Below are positions 59,715 to 64,000 of a DNA stretch of 64,000 nt, one piece after another. The first letter of the stretch is position 1; every line of letters begins with the position of its first letter. The position numbers were made by a program, and so were the translations under genes. The notes beneath the pieces were generated by a model, which was not told the origin of the DNA, ran no database searches, and was given only the letters and a program-made list of their open reading frames with translations. Source of the stretch: Armatimonadota bacterium (lineage in GTDB: Bacteria; Vulcanimicrobiota; JACPDS01; JBDRKI01); the NCBI GenBank assembly GCA_043814095.1, contig JBDRKI010000102.1, positions 84,308 to 148,307 on the forward strand. The letters are read 5' to 3'.

Positions 59715-60785
59715 ATGTTTAAAAAAACGATTAAAATAAAAGAATTGTTGATGCGGAAAAATACCGATGAATTTCTTATGATATTTTTCCGGCAGCTTTC
59801 GGAAATGACAATGGCGGGCATACCTCTTTATAGAGCGCTTGAAATTATGGGCATGCAGTTTGAAAATACCGTATTTAGCAAGACTCTTGAGGGGATAAAA
59901 TATAATATTTACGTAAAAGGCCTTCCCCTTTACAGGTCGCTCTCAATGTTTCCGGATGTTTTTTCAGCGTTATGCATTGGCACCGTAAAAGCAGGCGAAG
60001 AGGGCGGTTTTCTGCCGCAGGTTTTAAGAAAACTGGCCAAAGAAACAGAAAAAGAGAACAACCTAAAAAAACGTTTTTATTCAATAATGACATACCCCGT
60101 AATCCTTATTGTAGCTTCAATAGTATTAATATTGGTAACCCTTAAATTTATTCTGCCGTCTTTTGCCCCTCTTCTAAAGTCATTTGATGTAGATACCCCT
60201 GTTTCTACGAAAATTTTAAATTATACCGTGATGCTGTTTAATAATCCGCTGACAATATTTGTTTTGATTTTGCTGGTTATACTGTTAAATTTATTTATTA
60301 AGACAAAAAAGGGCAGTATTATTTTTGAGAATATTCTTCTTGAACTCCCGATAATAGGCAGCATAATAAGATATACGGCCATAGTACGGTTTAGCCGTAT
60401 GTATGCTCTTCTGGCCTCTACCGGATATCCGTTAATAGATGGGCTCCAACTTATAAGCGAATCTATTGGCTGCAATTTGTATAAAGAAGCCCTCATAAAA
60501 GCAATGGAAGAAGTAAAAGACGGTGAGTTTTTATCAAAAGCCCTTTTTAATCAAAGAGTGTTTCCTTCCATAGTTATTTCCATGATAACCGTAGGCGAAG
60601 AATCAGGGAACATGCAAATCCCCCTGGAAAGACTTGCGCATCTTTATGAAGTTGAAATAGAGACTACAATGGAAAGGTTTTTTACTTTGCTTGAGCCGGT
60701 ACTTCTGGTTTCCATAGGCCTTGTGATCGGGTTCATGATGATGAGCGTTTTTCTGCCGGTATCTAAAATAATGACCGCAATATAA
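59715..60785 (+). CDS. PilC/GspF-family platform protein (cassette 2)
   Basis: FFRQLSEM..AG, AGEEGGF, TYP, VGEESG, LLEP; paralog of 49822-50901. Confidence 0.92.
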   Translation: MFKKTIKIKELLMRKNTDEFLMIFFRQLSEMTMAGIPLYRALEIMGMQFENTVFSKTLEGIKYNIYVKGLPLYRSLSMFPDVFSALCIGTVKAGEEGGFLPQVLRKLAKETEKENNLKKRFYSIMTYPVILIVASIVLILVTLKFILPSFAPLLKSFDVDTPVSTKILNYTVMLFNNPLTIFVLILLVILLNLFIKTKKGSIIFENILLELPIIGSIIRYTAIVRFSRMYALLASTGYPLIDGLQLISESIGCNLYKEALIKAMEEVKDGEFLSKALFNQRVFPSIVISMITVGEESGNMQIPLERLAHLYEVEIETTMERFFTLLEPVLLVSIGLVIGFMMMSVFLPVSKIMTAI

Positions 60786-60840
60786 GGTTTTAAAGACAAT
60801 CCCTTCTAAAAATACTCCTTTTGGTCCCATTTTTAGTCAA

Positions 60841-60863
60841 AAAATACTCCATTTGACCTATAT
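60841..60863 (+). promoter_or_regulatory. Conserved 23-bp motif upstream of RHS2, with a partial second copy at 60809
   Basis: AAAATACTCCatttGACCTATAT; AAAATACTCC repeated 32 nt upstream. Confidence 0.6.
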
Positions 60864-60952
60864 CCGTATATACACAGGCAGGGCTATAATATAGATAGAG
60901 AAGAAAAGTAACGCTTAAAATTAAAGATTTTATGCCCTAATGGAGGAAGGAT

Positions 60953-63900
60953 ATGAGGTATAAAAGATTTTTAACTCTAACATTTATATTTTGTGCCGTT
61001 ATTTTAATTGCGCTGTTTTTCAGTGCTATGCATGGTAAATCTAATCTTTTTGCCGCACAAGGTACATATATTATAGGTGTAAATGGTGTAAATAATATTA
61101 CCCTGCTTGATAGTGATTTTCCTGATACCTCTGCAGATCTTTCATTTGTAAAGCCTGATTCAAGCAATACATATTCCGTAAATATATCTGGAAAAGAGCA
61201 GACATTTGTAATTAACGGGTATTACGGCCCCAACCCGTGCAGCCCTGTAAGTGAAGGCGGAAACGCGTATTATGCCATAAGCATATGCAACGAGGGTTCC
61301 ATATACGATACCTTCCTATATGTTCCCCAGAATATAGAGTATAAAATTGAATTTTACGGTCTCAGTAATAATGTTTTAGAAACAGTTGAAGGCACGAGCA
61401 TAGCTGAATATAAGATAATTACAACCGGTTCTACTAAAAAAATCGTCGGCTGGATATACGGCTTCCTTAAACCCGAAGGAATTAAAAGCAAGATAGGCAT
61501 GCAGCCTATTGGTATGTCGTATAGTATAAAGTTTGCAAAAAACGATCCCGCTCAGATTATAAAAAATGAAAGCCCCGGGAATATGACATCCGGGAAATTT
61601 TCTTCTTCAACGCAAATACAACCCATCGGTTTAAGCCCGATAGGCGGCGGACTTAGCATACTGAGATACCCGGTAGATATTGTAAGCGGCAGTTTAATAG
61701 AATACAGTGTTGATATGGCTCTGCCCGGAGATCTTGCAGTAACAAGATATTATAACAGCGGCATGGCCTACCAGCCGGGAAAAGCTTCCGGATGGATGTT
61801 TAATTTTGAGGAATTTTTGCGCTTTGATCCCGACGGCTCTGTTTTTTACAGGGATAATACTTTCAGAGAATACAGGTTTGTCCTTGACCCCAATAATCCC
61901 GGCAGATATCTGCCGTCAAAATCCGGTAATTTTTTACAGCTGACCAAGTACCGTAACGGCAATCATGTGGTCAGATTTAAAGATCAGTCAAGTAAGGTTT
62001 TTAATTCCCTCGGGCTTTTAATAGAAAGCATAGACCCTCAGGGAAACAGAACTTCATATGAGTGGGAGTTGCCCGTAAGCCAGATTAGGGCAAATTATGA
62101 TATGCCTGCAAAACTTATGGCGGTTATGGGGCTTCCGGATAGTTTCAGAGCCAACCAGACTTTAACAATAAAGAATCCTTACGGCAGGACGGTTTATGTG
62201 GATTTTAACCGTTTCGGCAGGGTTGCAAAGGTAACTGACTGGTCGGGAAGAACAGTCGAATACACCTGGGATGATGAGCAGGGTATTTGCTTATTGAAAT
62301 ATAGAGATACCGCCGGCAATTATACAACTTTTTCATATAGAAGAAATATATTATCAAGTATAAATTATCCCAACGGCACACCGGTCAAAAACAATTATTA
62401 TGCTAAACCGTTTCAAACATTGGGAGAGAGGAAGTTTGCAACAGGCGATTATATAAGCTACCGTTACGGCTGGATGAGGTCTGCGGGGTATAGGTATACA
62501 GAGGTAAAAATTAACGGCAAGTACAGAACATATTATTACGATGAAAACGGCACAATTACTAAAATAGACTACTACGGGCCCAGCAACATGATGGCGACTT
62601 ATAAATTTAGCAGCGATCAGGAGAAAAACCTGGTAACTTCAATTACAGATCCGAAATACGGTGTTAGTACATATTCCTATGATGACAGAGGGAATATTAC
62701 TGAAATTAAGCTTCCGAACGGCAGAAGTGCTAAATATAAGTATAATGATAATAATATGCTGACCGACTACTGGGATACTGCGGGAAAGCACACTGCCTAC
62801 GGATATGACGTTAAAAACAATGTAATTTCCATTAAAAGACCGGACGATACGAAAGTTTTCTTTGAATATGACTCAAGAGGCAAGCTCATAAAATCAATTG
62901 ATGCAAAGGGATACTCAACAATTTATGCATACGGCGCCTATGGAGATCTTGCAAGTATAACGGATGCAGAAGGCCGTCTTGCAAGATTTTACCGCGATAC
63001 TCTCGGCAGAGTAGTGCAGATGGATGTAAACGGTATAAAAAGATATATACAGTATGATAATTTAGGGAATATAACCCAATTTACCGATGCCTTAAAGAAC
63101 ACTGCAAAATTTTATTATGACGGTAACGGAAATTTAACTTCTGCTGTCAACGCTAAAAATGAGACAATAACTTTTGAATATGATGTGCTTGACCAGCTTA
63201 TAAGGAAAACAGATCCTCAAAATAATGCCGTAGCTTACCGTTATGATGTAAGCGGTAACATGGTAAATATTATAGACCCTATGGGCGGCAATATAGGTTT
63301 TGAGTACAATAATGCCAATTATCTTTCCGGCATAAGAGATCAAAAATATGACAAAACATATTACAGTTACGATAGTAACAGCAATTTAATTTCGATAAGC
63401 AACCCTGCTGCTTCTAAGAGTACAGAATTTAAATTTGACAACCTTAACCGGGTTATACAAAAAAAGGGCACCTATACCTATAATTATGAATATGACAATG
63501 CCGGAAATCTTAAGGAAATAAGAAGCGATTCAGGAAAAACACTTTATGAATACGACTCAATGAACCGTCTTACCCAAAAAAAATATCCGTCCGGTAAAGA
63601 GTTTTCGCGCAGGTTTGATGCTAACGGAAACGTTATATATGAAAAACATATTAACGGCGACGAGTTTGATTATCAGTATGATAAATCCGGCAACCTTGTA
63701 TCAGCGCGTAAAAGTGGAAGAGACGCTTTTACCTGTAAATATAACCAGAACAGGCAGCTTACTTTTATTGAATATCCCAACAAGGTTGCGCAATATATTT
63801 CATATAATGGAAACGGAGATATTGCGCACATGAAATACATATCCGCGGCAGGGGAGATTCTTTACACCGTTGAGTATGCATATAACGAGCTGGGGCAGGT

Positions 63901-64000
63901 TGTCAATAAACATTATTCCGGCGTAGGGCGCCCGGAAAAAGATATTTCCTACCATTACGATAAATCCGGCCGCCTTATACAGACAAAATCAGGCGACAGA
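60953..64000 (+). CDS. RHS/YD-repeat protein RHS2 (at least 1016 aa, runs off the window; not in ORF track)
   Basis: GGAGG RBS, ATG 60953; MRYKRFLTLTFIFCAVILIALFFSA signal; YPVDIVSG..RYYNSGMAYQPG..GWMFNF; same frame at the window end reads YHYDKSGRLIQTKSGDR; paralog of RHS1. Confidence 0.93.
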   Translation, partial: MRYKRFLTLTFIFCAVILIALFFSAMHGKSNLFAAQGTYIIGVNGVNNITLLDSDFPDTSADLSFVKPDSSNTYSVNISGKEQTFVINGYYGPNPCSPVSEGGNAYYAISICNEGSIYDTFLYVPQNIEYKIEFYGLSNNVLETVEGTSIAEYKIITTGSTKKIVGWIYGFLKPEGIKSKIGMQPIGMSYSIKFAKNDPAQIIKNESPGNMTSGKFSSSTQIQPIGLSPIGGGLSILRYPVDIVSGSLIEYSVDMALPGDLAVTRYYNSGMAYQPGKASGWMFNFEEFLRFDPDGSVFYRDNTFREYRFVLDPNNPGRYLPSKSGNFLQLTKYRNGNHVVRFKDQSSKVFNSLGLLIESIDPQGNRTSYEWELPVSQIRANYDMPAKLMAVMGLPDSFRANQTLTIKNPYGRTVYVDFNRFGRVAKVTDWSGRTVEYTWDDEQGICLLKYRDTAGNYTTFSYRRNILSSINYPNGTPVKNNYYAKPFQTLGERKFATGDYISYRYGWMRSAGYRYTEVKINGKYRTYYYDENGTITKIDYYGPSNMMATYKFSSDQEKNLVTSITDPKYGVSTYSYDDRGNITEIKLPNGRSAKYKYNDNNMLTDYWDTAGKHTAYGYDVKNNVISIKRPDDTKVFFEYDSRGKLIKSIDAKGYSTIYAYGAYGDLASITDAEGRLARFYRDTLGRVVQMDVNGIKRYIQYDNLGNITQFTDALKNTAKFYYDGNGNLTSAVNAKNETITFEYDVLDQLIRKTDPQNNAVAYRYDVSGNMVNIIDPMGGNIGFEYNNANYLSGIRDQKYDKTYYSYDSNSNLISISNPAASKSTEFKFDNLNRVIQKKGTYTYNYEYDNAGNLKEIRSDSGKTLYEYDSMNRLTQKKYPSGKEFSRRFDANGNVIYEKHINGDEFDYQYDKSGNLVSARKSGRDAFTCKYNQNRQLTFIEYPNKVAQYISYNGNGDIAHMKYISAAGEILYTVEYAYNELGQVVNKHYSGVGRPEKDISYHYDKSGRLIQTKSGDR

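Noticed and set aside
49822-60785. The two opposed pilin cassettes as an invertible phase-variation segment
   Set aside because: Paralogs are too diverged at the DNA level; no long inverted repeats at the boundaries and no recombinase seen
53117-64000. RHS proteins as T6SS effectors or Tc toxin subunits
   Set aside because: No PAAR, VgrG, Hcp, EagR or TcA/TcB genes or domains here; both carry Sec-type signal peptides

Overview
AT-rich bacterial chromosome segment, probably from a diderm Terrabacteria-type lineage. That is an inference from the Firmicutes/Cyanobacteria-like gene order (ffh-rpsP-khpA-ylqD-rimM-trmD; glmU-prs-rplY-pth-ftsH...hpt; metG-tatD) occurring together with LPS genes (hldA, hldC, lpxB-like) and an outer-membrane beta-barrel. 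Most of 1-49.7 kb is housekeeping, interrupted by three toxin-antitoxin loci (VapBC, MNT-HEPN, an apparently broken MazEF), a trio of HEAT-repeat genes, two apparent pseudo-enzymes, a tRNA-Thr(CGU) whose 5' half is also the end of a protein-coding gene, and an FtsH carrying a 186-aa mini-intein. The last 14 kb holds the most unusual system: two divergently arranged paralogous modules. Each pairs a Sec-signal-bearing RHS/YD-repeat protein with its own cassette of three minor pilins (PilX/K-, PilW/J-, PilV/I-like) and a short PilC/GspF. The second RHS gene (60953 to beyond the window end) is missing from the ORF track. The two RHS genes share a new N-terminal domain and a 23-bp upstream DNA motif. 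All family calls come from motif recognition by eye, not database searches.
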